The position numbers and the translations under genes are program-made. The notes below the pieces were generated by a model. It made no database searches, was not told where the DNA came from, and saw nothing but the letters and a program-made list of their open reading frames with translations. DNA of 64,000 bases from assembly GCA_951406725.2 (NCBI GenBank), contig OX597834.1, positions 12,214,001-12,278,000 of the forward strand. Reading direction: 5' to 3'. Shown here piece by piece: positions 1 through 13,099 of the stretch. The stretch comes from Octopus vulgaris (lineage: Eukaryota). Position 1 is the stretch's first letter, and each line of letters opens with the position of its first letter.

Positions 1-1431
1 TCATTATCCCAAAGAAATATGAGTTTAAGCAGTCTTCGCTCTAGACTACTTTTATTACATCTTCTTTCCCTTCATTTCAACTTGCCCCACTCTCTCTCTC
101 TCACTCCACGCACTCGTACACGTATGTCTCTGAACATAATACGGATAGAAACTCAATTTTCCAAACGCTCCTTTAACGCATATACACTTATAAAGCCAGG
201 CATACACACATTTCCCTCTATATGCACACGCATAATCTCATCAATTATAAATATATAGACTGCAAAACGTACAGACGCAGAACCGTACAGCGAACAAAAC
301 TCACACACACACAACGAAAATGATACTGAGTAACATAAAGAAAAATTAGCAAAGCTTCATTCTACTTTTACGCAGCAGCCCCATTAGATATTTATAGTAT
401 CTGATAAAGATTTCAACCACATCATATTGGATCTCTCACGGGAAATTCAGACAAAATTGCCAATAAATTACCAGTCGATCACGAAAGAAAATGAGATCAA
501 AGTCTAAAAATGGTAGGAGGTTAACAATGAAGGAAGTTAAATAACAATAAAACAAAACTAGGAGAAAAAACCTCACAGTTCACTTTAATATCTACTAGGA
601 CTTCGTTGCCCATTAACAGAATATATTTAACGATTTAAGTGTTTGTATGTATTGTTGTTGTGCTGTCTAAATTTCTATTGATTGCTTGAGAATAAATTTT
701 TCCTCTTACTAATTTAGTTGCCCCAGTGCCTTTTGCTAAATATGCAATTACTACTGGAAAAATACTAAGCAAGACCTAAAAGGAATAATGAAAAAGTCTG
801 TCGATAAGTCTAACAGCATATACACTGGTGTAAACATAACGAGTAGAGGCATGATGTAGTTACTACTAATGGATTATAATGACTCCGAGGAAGCTATAGG
901 ACGTTACGCAAGTACAGTGGTATAAGTGCATTGCTTCTTATAAAAGAAACAGCTCTAAGCTAATGAAAGTCATTGGGCAACCTCTGTTCTTATGCCAATC
1001 ACTAATTGATGATACGCTCCCTATTTTTCCCATGCTTTACTCTGAAGCACAAATATATAGATTCTAACAACTGCTTATTTGTAGTAGAATGTACAACCAA
1101 AATCATTCCATATATATATATATGTGTGTGAGTTTGTAAATTTGTATGTGTATATAAATTTTACATATATATATGTGTGTGTGTGTGTGTGTGTATGTAT
1201 TAATGTATACATGTATATGCATATATATATAAATAAGGATAATATCGATATTTAAATATCGATCTTATCAAGTGGCCATAAATATATATATATATATATA
1301 TATAACTTAGAAAGGTTTTGCCCACTATTGGCCCAGGCCATGTCTAACTTAATAGCACCACCTGGCGAAGTCTTTCAATTCAGGATTTGGGCACCGAGGC
1401 CCATTCGAGCAGAGAGGTATATATATATATA

Positions 1432-1590
1432 TTTTTTATTTGTTTCATTCATTTGAGTGTGACCATGCTGGAGCACCGCCTTTTAGTCAAAGAGATCGAT
1501 CCCTGTACTTATTCTTTGTAATCCTGGTGCGTATTCTACCGGTTCTTCTGTCGAACCGTTAAATTATGGGGACGGAAGCACACCTTTGTT
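1432..1590 (-). mobile_element. SINE family A, 3' fragment
   Basis: Matches the 3' half of the full copies (ccatgctggagcaccgcc...cttattctttgtaa...gaaccg). Confidence 0.8.
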
Positions 1591-1699
1591 TATGTGTGTG
1601 CATGCGTGTATTTGTGTGTGTGTGTGTGTATCTTTATATATTTCTGAGCCATCCCAACCACAAGAAAATATTGACGACCAATTTTGGATTATTTTCCCC

Positions 1700-1850
1700 T
1701 TCGCAACCTAGCAGTTCGACAAAGTTACCCAATGGCATATGTACCAGAATTAAACATAAATACTGGGGGCGAACTCTACAAAGCTCTGTACTCTACAAAG
1801 CGGTGCCCCCAAAATGGCCGCCGTCGAATGAATGGAACAACGAAAAAGAT
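1700..1850 (+). mobile_element. Highly degenerate SINE family A 3' half
   Basis: acctagcagttcgacaaag...taaatactggggg...gcggtgcccccaaaatggccgccgtcgaatga aligns by eye to the SINE-A 3' half. Confidence 0.55.
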
Positions 1851-2242
1851 GTTTAAAATTTTATATATATCAATAAAGCAGTCTTTATTAATTTCCTAAT
1901 TTACTATAGTGGAATACGATGTAAAATAATTGTATTGGGTTGTGCTATTTAGTGATAATGACCCACAAATTTCAGTATGCATTTGTTCAAAATGGTCTTT
2001 AGCGTAATGTTCGTCAAGAGAGCCAACATCTAAATTTATGGTCACGGTTTTAGATGAATTTATGTCTCTGATGAAAAAGCATTTCAAAAGCTTTGATTCC
2101 ATATATATTTATATAACATCGGCTACCGCTTTAGTACGTTCCATAATATGCGTATATCTTTACTTTTATATATCTGTATATCTTTATATATATGTGTGTA
2201 TATGTGTATCTATGTATTTAAATATTGAATGCATGTACGTAC

Positions 2243-2302
<60 letters not shown>

Positions 2303-2365
2303 GCATGTATGTATATATGTATGTATGTATGTATGTATATATATATGTATTTAAATATTGTATGC

Positions 2366-2415
<50 letters not shown>

Positions 2416-3392
2416 ATATATATATATATGGGCTAAATCATCTGGGAGATAGTAAACTGTAGTGTATTTACTGAATACGTACTTGGCTTATGTGTACGTG
2501 TGCGTGTGTGTGTGTGCGTGCGTGTGTATTTGAGTATGTGCATGCGCGTGTACGTACTTGCGTAAATATGAGACTACTAATGCGCAAATGAGGAAATTAT
2601 GTCCGTCTTCATAAGCAGCGGCATTTTGTCAGAGTTCGCAGACTTCAGATCACAAGGTTAAACTTTCAAAGCAAATATCCTGCTGCGATTAGCTATAAAC
2701 ATTATCTCATTTATTATGTCTGATATCAATTCCAGCTATATTCCAGGATATACAGAACATCATCCTACACATACTAGCATAAACATAAGATAAACAGTCT
2801 AAACGGATCTATAATTTTAGAGGAGGGATGAAAAACAATCTACAACAAATCTTCAAACACGAGTTTGATCTGGTTCACAGTCTGTCTTATAATATAGTAT
2901 ATTTATGGCAATTATAATGGATTACCTATATTACAGTCGGAATTCTAGCCTCGATGTTTTAGCATGAATTCCAGTGGGAAATAAATACTCGTCTTTATCA
3001 TGTTTAATATTGGAGTCGAAATTTCTCTCCTGGAATGGTGTGATCTGTAATGTCAGATTCCACAGGAGCTAATGAGAGACATCTCAGATGGTGGATCTCT
3101 CGGCTAGAAATGGTAGCCAACCTCCTTCCCCTGTGTATCCTTCATTCCTGACTTATATAGTAAGCATAACGGATCCGATTCCAGTGCGCAGTGATTGGAG
3201 CTGCTCTTTTCAATCTATCTGTCTATCTATCTATCTAGATCGATAGATATATAGATAGAGAGAGGGAGAAAGACAGAGAGAGAGAGAGAGATAAAGAGAT
3301 AGATAGACAAACTGCCTGCTTGTCTGTCTGTCTGTCTGTCTACCTCGCTATTTATTTACTTATTTATTTGTCTGTCTATGTATGTATGTATG

Positions 3393-3429
<37 letters not shown>

Positions 3430-3557
3430 ACACACGCACATATATAGGCAGACAGACAGACAGGTAGGTAGATAGATAGATAAATAGGTAGATAGATTAA
3501 ATAGGCAGATAGAGACTGCACATTGAACAGGTGAATGTGCTAATTAATAAAGTATTA

Positions 3558-3648
3558 AAAGAGAATGACTCTCCCCAGACGCAACAAAATGTGCATCATC
3601 ACTCGAATTCTCACAAAGAATCTTGCGAACCAAATAGAAAAACGAAAT
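3558..3648 (+). repeat. Short interspersed repeat, probably Penelope-derived (other copies at 42225-42403 and 59005-59100)
   Basis: aaaagagaatgactctccccagac...aagaatcttgc..accaaat...aaaacgaaat recurs three times in the window. Confidence 0.7.
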
Positions 3649-5592
3649 ATATATATATACACACACAGACGCACACACGTTTGTTTCGTATGTTTGTGTG
3701 CAAGTGTATATATGTCAGTATCGATTCATCTCTATCTCTTTCTCCCTCTCTATTTATCTATCTCTATATCTATCTATCGATTGTACCTGTCTTTGTGTCA
3801 TACATATGTGAATATACATAATACTAATGTTATATATATATGATATACATAAAAGTCATGTTATATATATACAATATACATAATACTAATGTTATATGTA
3901 TATAATATGCATAATACTAATATTATATGCGCACGCTGGTGTTTGCGTCTGTGCATGTATGTATGTATATTCAAATTAAAACAAACGATGTTCTGAGGGC
4001 GATGTCTTATGAAATGACTTGAAACAGAAATTATATCATCGAGACATTCGTTGTAATTGTTATTATTGTTTGTACTGTTATTCAACATGAAGTCAGATCT
4101 GATCGACATGGCCTATGCTAAAAGTACTTGCAGTCAGAATAGATCCGATTCTTCTCTACTCTCTGTTTCAAATATAAATTAAATTCTCTAATCTCAGTTT
4201 TTTGAAAGTGTAGTGTATCATATTTACTACTTTGGCTGGTTATTGTAGTTGGTCGAATGATCAATTAGATGCAGTAATTGCGGCCCTTACAAGTACTTTC
4301 ATTCTCTGGCACACGTTACCTAACGATGTTTAAATGCATCGGGTGAATGTTTTCATTGTACAATTCATATCGAAAAAATTAAAAATACAATATATAACAA
4401 TATTCAATTGGCTATTTGATTCCCGTATGAAAAAAAAAATCAATTACTGCAATCAATTCACCATTTGCAAGAGATGCGAAACATTTTAATCAGTCCCCGA
4501 TTTAAAAAAGAATAAAAAGAAACGAAATAATGCAAAACAAAAAAGTCAATTCAATTAACCCCAACTCTAGAATTCTTAATTAATGTTCAATTTTTAATAA
4601 CGGCCTCATTAATAAAAGAAATAATAATTCGAAAACATATTTTCAAAAATACATAAGAGGTTTTCTCCATAAACGGAAAAAAAAAAATATTTCACCCATG
4701 TCTTAGAATGCAATCAATAAAATATGGCAAAGATACGAGATATATTCCGTACCGATTTCTACGAGAGATCATGTATGACATACATAACTCGGTGCCAAAG
4801 GTTATTGGTGTCAAATAAAACTTCAGTTAACCTCATTAACATGAGTGGCCTCACTTTTAAGCCAGCATTTACCTACTGTAAACATACTATCGATTTCCGC
4901 TTTACAGCGTATTGGTGAAGAAACGAGAAGAATAAATTTCATATTTTCACAATCGCATTAGTTGTGGAATTGAAATAAATTTACGTGAGTTTGAGATGAA
5001 ATAATGTAGAGATTCTGTCTAAAAATAAAGTGAAATATTGAAGAATATATTTCTGTGAATATAATCACCTGCAAAAAGTCGAGGCAAAAATATTTCAATC
5101 TATTCCATTCCATTCTAAAGATCACTTAAGAAATATGGAAGAGTATTTTCAGTCAAGTTGTATTGTGTTGAGTATGTTTAAAACAAATAATGTATGGTCG
5201 TAGTTTTAAGACGCTTATCTACTCAATCGGTTTTAGTCTATTATGGAACAATAGCCACAAGAGAGTAAATTTAGAGCGTTCAGAAAATTTCATTAATCAT
5301 AGACAGAAGCAACGCTGTAAGCTAGCAAGACATATGTAACTCACAGCTTTGATAGAAAGAGTATAGCAGTGCAATAAGTGATAATCAAGAATATGTATAT
5401 AGCGTGAGAATTTCTATGAGCTACAAGACCAAGATTGTTATGATGAATGAGAATTAGAAAAATGTTAATAGCATCAATTCTTAAAGACTAATGATTGCTG
5501 TCAGAGACACATCTGAACCAACATTGAAAGAACTATATCAATACTACTACTACTAACAACATCAACATCAACAACAACAACAATAATAATTC

Positions 5593-6185
5593 AATACCCT
5601 GAAGCAGTACAAGGCAGTGGATTTCGTGGCTTCTTATCTTAACTGATTGGAAGTGTTATCATGTACATCGTTTTGTCTTGGTATAAAAGATGGGCTAAAG
5701 AAAATATTCTGCTCAATACCACAGATTTCCTTGTCAATTGTTTGACCTTAATCAGTTGACCATGTCCCTTAATGGCTGACGATATGGGCATCTCTGATCA
5801 CGAGCAGAAGTAGTGGGGGAGAACCATAGCCATGTGCTAATATGGCTGACGATATGGGCATCTCTGATCACGAGCAGAAGTAGTGGGGGAGAACCATAGC
5901 TATGTGCTGAGAGGGATTCTTTGGGGTTTCAATAATTCACCTCTGGAATCATGGGTGTTTAGTTCAACATCCTTAAACAACCCTTATTCAGGGACCTTTT
6001 AGGAGGGATGGGCTACTCGTCCAGAAGAAAATTCTAACACCTGCAAGGTCATGCACTATTCATCTTGACATGAGATCACCATGTGCCCAGTGCTTCCTTG
6101 TCAGACGGGTAGTCATGATAGGTATACTGGGCTTCGTGTATTTTACCCCAGTGTCACTTTGATGAGATGCACTTCTCTCTCACTG
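5593..6185 (+). mobile_element. ~590-bp non-coding element inserted in (AAT)n; candidate non-autonomous R4/Dong partner
   Basis: A second copy lies inverted at 22738-23255. Both are flanked by (AAT)n. An internal ~68-bp tandem duplication lies at 5771-5908. Confidence 0.7.
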
Positions 6186-6192
6186 AATAATA

Positions 6193-6269
6193 ATTCCAAC
6201 CATAGTGGGCGCATTAGGTATGATAAAAAAATATTGAGACAAATACACAACCAAAACACCAGGACTAAG

Positions 6270-6309
<40 letters not shown>

Positions 6310-6480
6310 ACATACAGAAAATAGTACTACTAGGAACTGTAAGCATCCTACGTAAAAACACCTTTCAATACAGTCACCGTAAGAGAATCACAGCAAACCA
6401 CAGTACGTAACCACGGCACACAGACCCGCGCTCGGTAGTGTAGTGAAAGCACGTTATAAAAGCAACACTAATAAATAATA
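6193..6480 (+). mobile_element. R4/Dong-type (RLE clade) non-LTR retrotransposon 3' fragment
   Basis: Translates IPTIVGALGMIKKY*DKYTTKTPGLRN..[TA]n..HIQKIVLLGTVSILRK, the typical restriction-like endonuclease C-terminus, and ends in (AAT)n. Confidence 0.8.
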
Positions 6481-6516
6481 ATGATAATAAAAATAATAAT
6501 AATAATAATAATAATA

Positions 6517-6775
6517 ATAGTGCTCATGGGAACTGCTTATATCCTATGAAAAATACTTTTTTTGTAATCGCAAGTTTTAAAACAAAGATAATTTTCGTAT
6601 GGTTTTTTAGGCATTCACTTGTACAACACTAAGTACAAAACCAAATATATGGCACCCTAGGCATAACACCAACATGAACTTCCAACTTCTTGTCTCTTGA
6701 CGTCTCTGGGTGAGACTTGGAGCCAACTTGAGCAAATGTAAAGCAGAAGACAAATATAGAATAATAACAATAATG
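6517..6775 (+). mobile_element. Second R4/Dong-type 3' fragment (different subfamily)
   Basis: Translates IVLMGTAYIL*KIL, followed by a 3' UTR and an (AAT)-type tail. Confidence 0.65.
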
Positions 6776-7072
6776 CTGATAATTTTGGTGTAGATGATAA
6801 TCACAGAAAATATTGGCACAAAGCAATTTTTGTTTAAGATGTATTATTGGCAGATATATTATTTTAGCGAACCTGAAATCATATAGGCGAAAGTTGACCT
6901 CGTTTGGGCTGGAACAACTGAGAGTCGTATAGCCGCAAGAACTGACGCTCAGCATATTTTCCCAGGAATTTCACATACACAAAAGAAAGAGTAGATCACA
7001 AGAGACTGGTTGGTTAAAGAGAGCAGGAATGAAGAAATAACGGAAAGAAAAATTGTGGCAGGGCAAGAGGAG

Positions 7073-7332
7073 GTCTTAGGCGTCAACGTAATCGTAGTTT
7101 CGATTCCCAGACCGGGTGTTGTGAGTATTTTTCAGCGAAAACACCTATAGCTCCACGATGCTCCGGAAGGGAGTTGTGGCGATCCTTGCTGTACTCTTTC
7201 GCCACAACTTTTTATTTCTTCTGTTGGTCTGCTCGCTTAGCCAGCGGGACGGCGACATTTGAAGGCTAAAACAATGCGAGGCGCATTGTGACCAGCGATG
7301 CACAGCAACATCTGATAGCCTGGTCGGTCACA
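7073..7332 (+). mobile_element. SINE family C (tRNA-derived), degraded copy
   Basis: Aligns to 19899-20201 (gtttcgattcccagaccggg...gaaggctaaaacaatgcg...cattgtgaccagcgatg). Confidence 0.85.
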
Positions 7333-7359
7333 GTCATTATTATTATTATTATTATTGTT

Positions 7360-7570
7360 AAGGTGGTGAGCTAGCAGAATCGTTAGCACGCCAGGGAAAA
7401 CGCTTAACGGCATTTGTCCGTCCGTACGTACTGAGTTCAAAATCAGCCGAGGTCGAATTTACCTTTTATATTTTCGGGATCAATAAAACACGAAATATTT
7501 GTGAATTGGGGGTCAACGTAATCATTTCACCCCCTCTCCGTACATTCTGGCATCGTGCCTAAGTGTGTAG
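7360..7570 (+). mobile_element. SINE family B, older copy
   Basis: ggtgagctagcagaatcgttagcacgcc...gagttcaaaatc..ccgaggtcga matches the family B head. Confidence 0.75.
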
Positions 7571-7729
7571 TCAATATTTACAGCAACATCAACAATTAGA
7601 AGACCAGCAATATGAAAAACAGCATTAGATGATCATCGCCAACCACAACCATGGCCACCACCACACCACCACCATGACTAGTACCACAACCAGCAAAGCA
7701 GCAACGGCAACAATAGCTGTTTCTGATTT

Positions 7730-7860
7730 AAATATCGGGGTGCAAATTTAAGGGGAGGGTGCTTAATCTGTAAAATCTACCTCTGTGATTGATTAGAACT
7801 TTATGTTATCGATCTCGCTTGGATGAAAGCAAAGTTGATCTCATACGAAATTGCAACTCA
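7730..7860 (-). mobile_element. SINE family B, degenerate fragment
   Basis: ttatcgatctcg..ggatgaaagcaaagttgatctc matches the reverse complement of the family B core. Confidence 0.55.
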
Positions 7861-7999
7861 TTAATAATATTGAAAGAAAGAGGACAAGAAGAAAAAATTT
7901 TGACGAAGAAGGAGAGGAGGAGGAAAAGAGTATGAAGACGATTCAGATATGAAAGGATGAGAAAAAACTAAGGAAGGGTATATATATATTACAGATGTC

Positions 8000-8300
8000 G
8001 TCCGAAAAGTGGACGAAGATTTAGAGGAAAAAGAAAAAGAGGAAAAAGAAGAGGAAAAAGGAGAAGAGGAAAAAGGAGAAGAGGAAAAAGGAGAAGAGGA
8101 AAAAGAAGAGGAAAAAGAAGAGGAAAAAGAAGAAGAGGAAAAAGAAGAAGAGGAAGAAGAAGAGGAAAAAGAAGAAGAGGAAAAAGAAGAAGAGGAAAAA
8201 GAAGAAGAGAAAAAAGAAGAACTACTACTACTAGTCCGAAAAGTCGATGAAGGTTTGGAAGAAGAAGAAAAAGAAGAACTACTACTACTACTACTACTAA
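8000..8300. repeat. Purine-rich (GAAGAGGAAAAA)n minisatellite with (CTA)n
   Basis: Visible 12-15 nt tandem units. The flanking motif gtccgaaaagt(g/c)ga is repeated at 8000 and 8234. Confidence 0.9.
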
Positions 8301-9145
8301 AATAGCAACAACAATATGAGCAAGAACAATTCTTTAATATCAGTAAGAATTTATAGCAGCCGGTTGTTGGGAATGTATTCCAGAGGTTGAACGCGTCTGT
8401 CAAACTTCAATACTCACATTTAAGAAACACATCTAATATGGATGAAAGGTTTTTGTCATTTTGTGTTAAAAGATATTTTCCGTTAAGTTTACCTAGGATT
8501 TAGTTGCTTTGAAACAAGCTAGATACCGTCACACGTCGTTGTTCTCTACATTGATATGGCGTCAGACATATTGATTGCAATTCCTCTCGCATTACAGGTC
8601 TATCGGAAGATTCATTCATTCACCGATTTACCAATCTACGAACAAGTTCACCCACCCGGTTAAGAAGAAATACGATTCAACTTAATGCTTAAGCAATTCC
8701 ACAGACGCTAGTTTCATTCTCTGAGTCTCTCCGTCTCTCCTTCTCTCTCTCTCTGTCTCTCCTTCTCTCTCTCTCTCTCTCTCTCTTCTCTCTTTTGTCT
8801 CTGTCTCATTACTTCACACACGCTCATAAACACACGCTCACACGCACAAAACAATGGCGGCGATAATTATTTTGAAAATGAAAAACCATGTGATAGAATG
8901 GCTGACAGACGTAATTGAGATTTGGTTCCACGAGCAAGAATAGAAGAAATGGCTTAGTAGCAGGAGCAGCGAACGCAGTAGTAGTAGTAGTAGTAGTAGT
9001 AATAGTATTAGTAATAGTATTAGTAATAGTAGTAGTTTCACACAAGACCAAAGACGTCAGTTTGCTTTCAATTTTCTTTCCTTTTGTCCGTCTTATTATA
9101 TACATAAACTTAGCGTATGTAAGAATATTTCCTTTTGTGTTTCAG

Positions 9146-9348
9146 GTAGATCTTTAATGCTACACCTACCAGAATACAGAGAGAGAAAGAAGAATTAGGT
9201 TCTATCTCTGATATAGAACTGCATGGGAAATTTCATTACCCTCTGCTATGTCGGGATGTATGAACTTATTCACATTCCAATAAATTGCAATAACTGCAAG
9301 GGTTAGGTAAAAGAAAAAAAAAAACTGCTTAAAAAAAATATATAACTG
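9146..9348 (+). other. Candidate non-coding (5' UTR or lncRNA) exon
   Basis: Acceptor ttccttttgtgtttcag| at 9145 and donor ctg|gtaagt at 9349. There are stops in all three frames. Confidence 0.3.
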
Positions 9349-9561
9349 GTAAGTTAAAAGGTTAAAATAAAACGTTCGTGGCGAGAAGGTCTTAGAATAC
9401 TTATCCGAGCAGATGACAGCTCTGTTTCTACTCTAACGTTAACAGAAGGGTTGTAATCAAAAGCCGTATGGGCCAAGTGAAATAGTATCTATATACCTAT
9501 CTATCTATCTATCTGTCTATTTCTCTCTATCTCTCTCTCTTTATTAATACATTTTATTTAT

Positions 9562-10090
9562 TTTTTTATCTAGTTTCAACTCAAGAGCTGTGGCCATGCA
9601 GGGGCACCACCATTAGATGTTGTTACACAAATTTACTTCACCAATGCTTTCTTAGGAATTGGCATTTGGTGCATGAGAGAGTTTGATGCTGCTACCCTCA
9701 TCTGCACCTCCTGCCGCGAGGTTCATCTTGGACACTTGACAGAAAGAGGTCCAGGTTTATTTTGAAGATACCTACATCCACCCCATGCAGATCTCTCATG
9801 TCCTTCGAGAGGATTTTGAAGAGCTGTGGACTTCTGAAGCCCAGGCTATTGCAGTATCTTGTCTAACATCTTGATGGTAAATTTAGAGGCCTTGGTGCTA
9901 TACAGAGGCGCTCAGTTCTAATATTTGTGTAACTCTCGATGCCAAAGTTTGGGACAAGTCCTTCCAGGATCTTCCAGATGTATATTATGGCATATCTTTC
10001 TCGCTTACGCTCTAAGGAATAGAATCTTAATCTCTTGAGTCTTTCTCAATAGCTTATATCCTGCATAGAGGCTACCTTCTGCGTGTAAAT
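9562..10090 (-). mobile_element. CR1-type LINE, 5'-truncated 3' end
   Basis: Minus strand translates SY*ERLKRLRFYSLERKRERYAIIYIWKILEGLVPNFGI...LFKILSKDMRDLHGVDVGIFKINLDLFLSSVQDEP. The tail reads gcatggccacagctcttgagttgaaactagataaaa. Confidence 0.9.
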
Positions 10091-10796
10091 ACAGACTCGA
10101 AGTCTGGGTGTACTGAACATACATGTGAATATCTGTAAGTTAAATCAATGTGAAGCTTCATGGAGCTTTTTATTGAATGTGTATGTACGTACGCATGTAT
10201 ATGTATGTATGTTTGTATGTGTAAATAGTCATGTATTATATTATAAAATATATGTATGCGCTCTTATATACGTATACGTGTTTGTATGTGTATATGCGAC
10301 CATTTGATAATAGCCTCTTCCGTTTCTTTTAACAGAAACCATATCAGAGACTGATATCGATCGCAGTACCTCTCATATAACATGTCACTCACAAGACAAA
10401 CGGAAAATAATTTGATACAAAGTTAGATCAATCATCTAAAAATGCGCAGAGCCACAAGCCTTATTGAATCTGTTCCTTTGCAAAGAGACTGTAAAAGAGA
10501 AAAGGACAGTTTGAAGTATATAAATGTAGAAAATAAGTCGAATCTACCCCGATAGATTACTAAGAGTTGAAGAAACTTGTAAGAATTTTTGCCACATGCC
10601 GCCCTGGTAGGCATTAATATTTGTAAAATTAAATCATGATTATGCTATAATATAATAATGATCTATTTTCTTATTGTCGATACTTTTTATATTTTGCTGA
10701 GGAGGTGTAATAAGACAGGAACATATTTGAAGTTGTCCTTGCATGTCTGAATTTTTTTAGAATCATGGTAGAAATACCGTTAAACGCATACATTAT

Positions 10797-10987
10797 ACAA
10801 GGACCGACAAAGGGATTAAGTTGATTACATCGACCCCAGTGCGTAACTGGGACTTAATTTATCGACTCCGAAAGGATGAAAGGCAAAGTCGACCTCAGCG
10901 GAATTTGAACCCAGAACTTAAAGACAGACGAAATACTGCTAAGCATTTCGCCCGGCGTGCTAATGTTTCTGCGAGCTCGCCGCCTTA
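10797..10987 (-). mobile_element. SINE family B
   Basis: Reverse complement reads ggcggcgagctcgcagaaacattagcacgccgggcgaaatgc...gtcgactttgcctttcatcctttcggagtcgataaa. Confidence 0.9.
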
Positions 10988-11069
10988 TCTATCTATCCAT
11001 CCATTCATCTATTGTAAAATTCTATCACGAATTTATTTTTTTTTATCTTTCTTTTTATCTTTTTTTATC

Positions 11070-11459
11070 TTTTATCTTTTACTTGTTTCAGTCATTTGAC
11101 TGCGGCCATGCTGGAGCACCGCCTTTAGTCGAGCAAATCGACCCCGGGACTTATTCTTTGTAAGCCCAGTACTTATTCTATCGGTTTCTTTTGCCGAACC
11201 GCTAAGTGACGGGGACGTAAACACGCCAGCATCGGTTGTCAAGCAATGCTAGGGGGACAAACACACACATACACATATATACATATACATATATACGACA
11301 GGCTTCTTTCAGTTTCCGTCTACCAAATCCACTCACAAGGCATTGGTCGGCCCGGGGCTATAGCAGAAGACACTTGCCCAAGATACCACGCAGTGGGACT
11401 GAACCCGGAGCCATGTGGTTGGTGAGCAAGCTACTTACCACACAGCCACTCCTGTGCCT
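11070..11459 (-). mobile_element. SINE family A, full length (tRNA head, CORE-like segment, internal microsatellite, LINE-like tail)
   Basis: A-box tggctgtgtgg, B-box ggttcagtccc, CORE-like tcttgggcaagtgtctt, and tail ggcggtgctccagcatggccgcagtcaaatgactgaaacaagtaaaag. Confidence 0.92.
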
Positions 11460-12144
11460 ATTATAATATAATAATGAGATACTCTCATATAGTCCACATT
11501 TTACGTATTTTGCTGATGATGTGTAATAAAACTGAAACGTGTATGACAATGCATTTATAAAACCGCCCTTCATATTGCGCTTGAGTTTTTTTGAAACCCT
11601 AATTAATAGATATGCTGAGCTCTTTAATCAATATCGTTTTCCTCGTTACTTTGAGATGTCGACTCTCTTTGTTTCGCAACATGCTTGAAGAATTGGTTCA
11701 ATGCTCACCTTTCTGCGACAGTGGTTAATTCTTTATTAACTCTAGCTTTATTGTTTGCCCCGTTAAGTATGTTAGCTTTAAACGTTACCGAATACTTCAC
11801 TTTAGTCCGACGTCCTTAACACTTCTGCCTGCCTACCAATTCACAATAATGCTTACTTGCATTCAATGGCAGCGATGTATTTATAGAAAGGAGTGTGGAA
11901 TTAAATTTGCAACTGCTCATGCTTCACTAACGGACATTTACAAATGTAACTGAAGTGTAGAATGTATTAGCTTCACTAGAGGACATCACGGTGTAATTCA
12001 TGCAAAGAATGAATTAGATTCAATATAGACTAAGGTACTTTTCTGGGCACCCAGGCAGATTTTCGTTTCGCTGAAATACTTCGTAATACAATTTTCGACT
12101 GTATTTATATATATAGTGGTGTTTTGGCAGAATTAGCGGAGTGG

Positions 12145-12780
12145 CGAATAAAGTAACTTTAATTTAACACAAAGGATTTCCGTTCAAATCCTTAGATGAA
12201 TAATTGGGTAGTACAGTTGGCCTAAATCGATTATGCAATCTTTAAGACTTATTTCCTTTCTATGTTAACTATTGATAAAATTACGGAGATGTACTTGCAT
12301 AGCAAGTGATTTCATCTGAGATCGTGTGCTGAAACGAAAACAAATGCAGCGTGGAAGGTGTTTGTAAGCCATTTAAGAAACACACAGATTCACTTCAACA
12401 TTTAAGTTTAATTTGTCAAAATATTTTCGTCGCTTTAAGACCGCGACCTGTTCACTGACAAAGCTTCGTGCAGCACGGTCGCGGTCTCAAAGCGACGAAA
12501 ATATTTTGACGAATTAAATTTAAATGTTGAAGTGAATCTGTGTGTTTCTTAAATGGCTTATAAACACCTTCCACGCAGCAATTGTTTTCGTTCCAGCACA
12601 CGATCTCAGATCAAATCACTTGCTATGCAAGTACATCTCCGTAATTCCGAACAAAGTAACTTGAATTTAATACAAATGATTTCCGTTCAAATCCTTAGAT
12701 GAATCAATGGGTAGTACAGTTGGCCTAAATCGATTAAGACTTTAAGACTTATTTCTTTTCTCTGTTAACTATCAATAAAA
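12145..12780. repeat. ~135-bp direct repeats (12145-12280 and 12648-12780) flanking the palindromic element
   Basis: cgaa(t/c)aaagtaactt...gatttccgttcaaatccttagatgaat...gttaactat(tg/ca)ataaaa occurs on both sides. Confidence 0.9.
12279..12646. mobile_element. Palindromic (fold-back) element with a hammerhead-like motif, Penelope-type
   Basis: ~170-bp inverted arms (aattacggagatgtacttgc...gcaagtacatctccgtaatt). A related copy lies at 54874-55090. Confidence 0.8.
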
Positions 12781-13099
12781 CGCTAAATACAGTTAACGTC
12801 CCAAGTGGTGCCGTGTTAACTTAGCGATATTTTCTTACACATCATTATGATCAGAGTTCAAATATCTCACCGAGTTTAAATTTAGTTTCAACCTTCTGGT
12901 GCTGACAGAATATATGCAGTACTGCAGATGATTTAATAGACTACTAGCATACTTAAATTTATAGAACACTATGCCTAAACTAAGAAAGCAGACAATGCAG
13001 ACACAGTGACAAGTGGATTAGAACAGTTCTCATCCAGTATTCGTTAGAAAACAAACTGCGATGCCGCACTGTGAAACACATAAACACTAAAAGTTTACT

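Noticed and set aside
7861-8403. Poly-Glu/Lys and poly-Ser ORFs
   Set aside because: Produced by a purine minisatellite, with no splice context or domain.
10394-10488. Minus-strand exon-like segment (cttttacag...gtgagt)
   Set aside because: Stops in all frames and no supporting partner exon.
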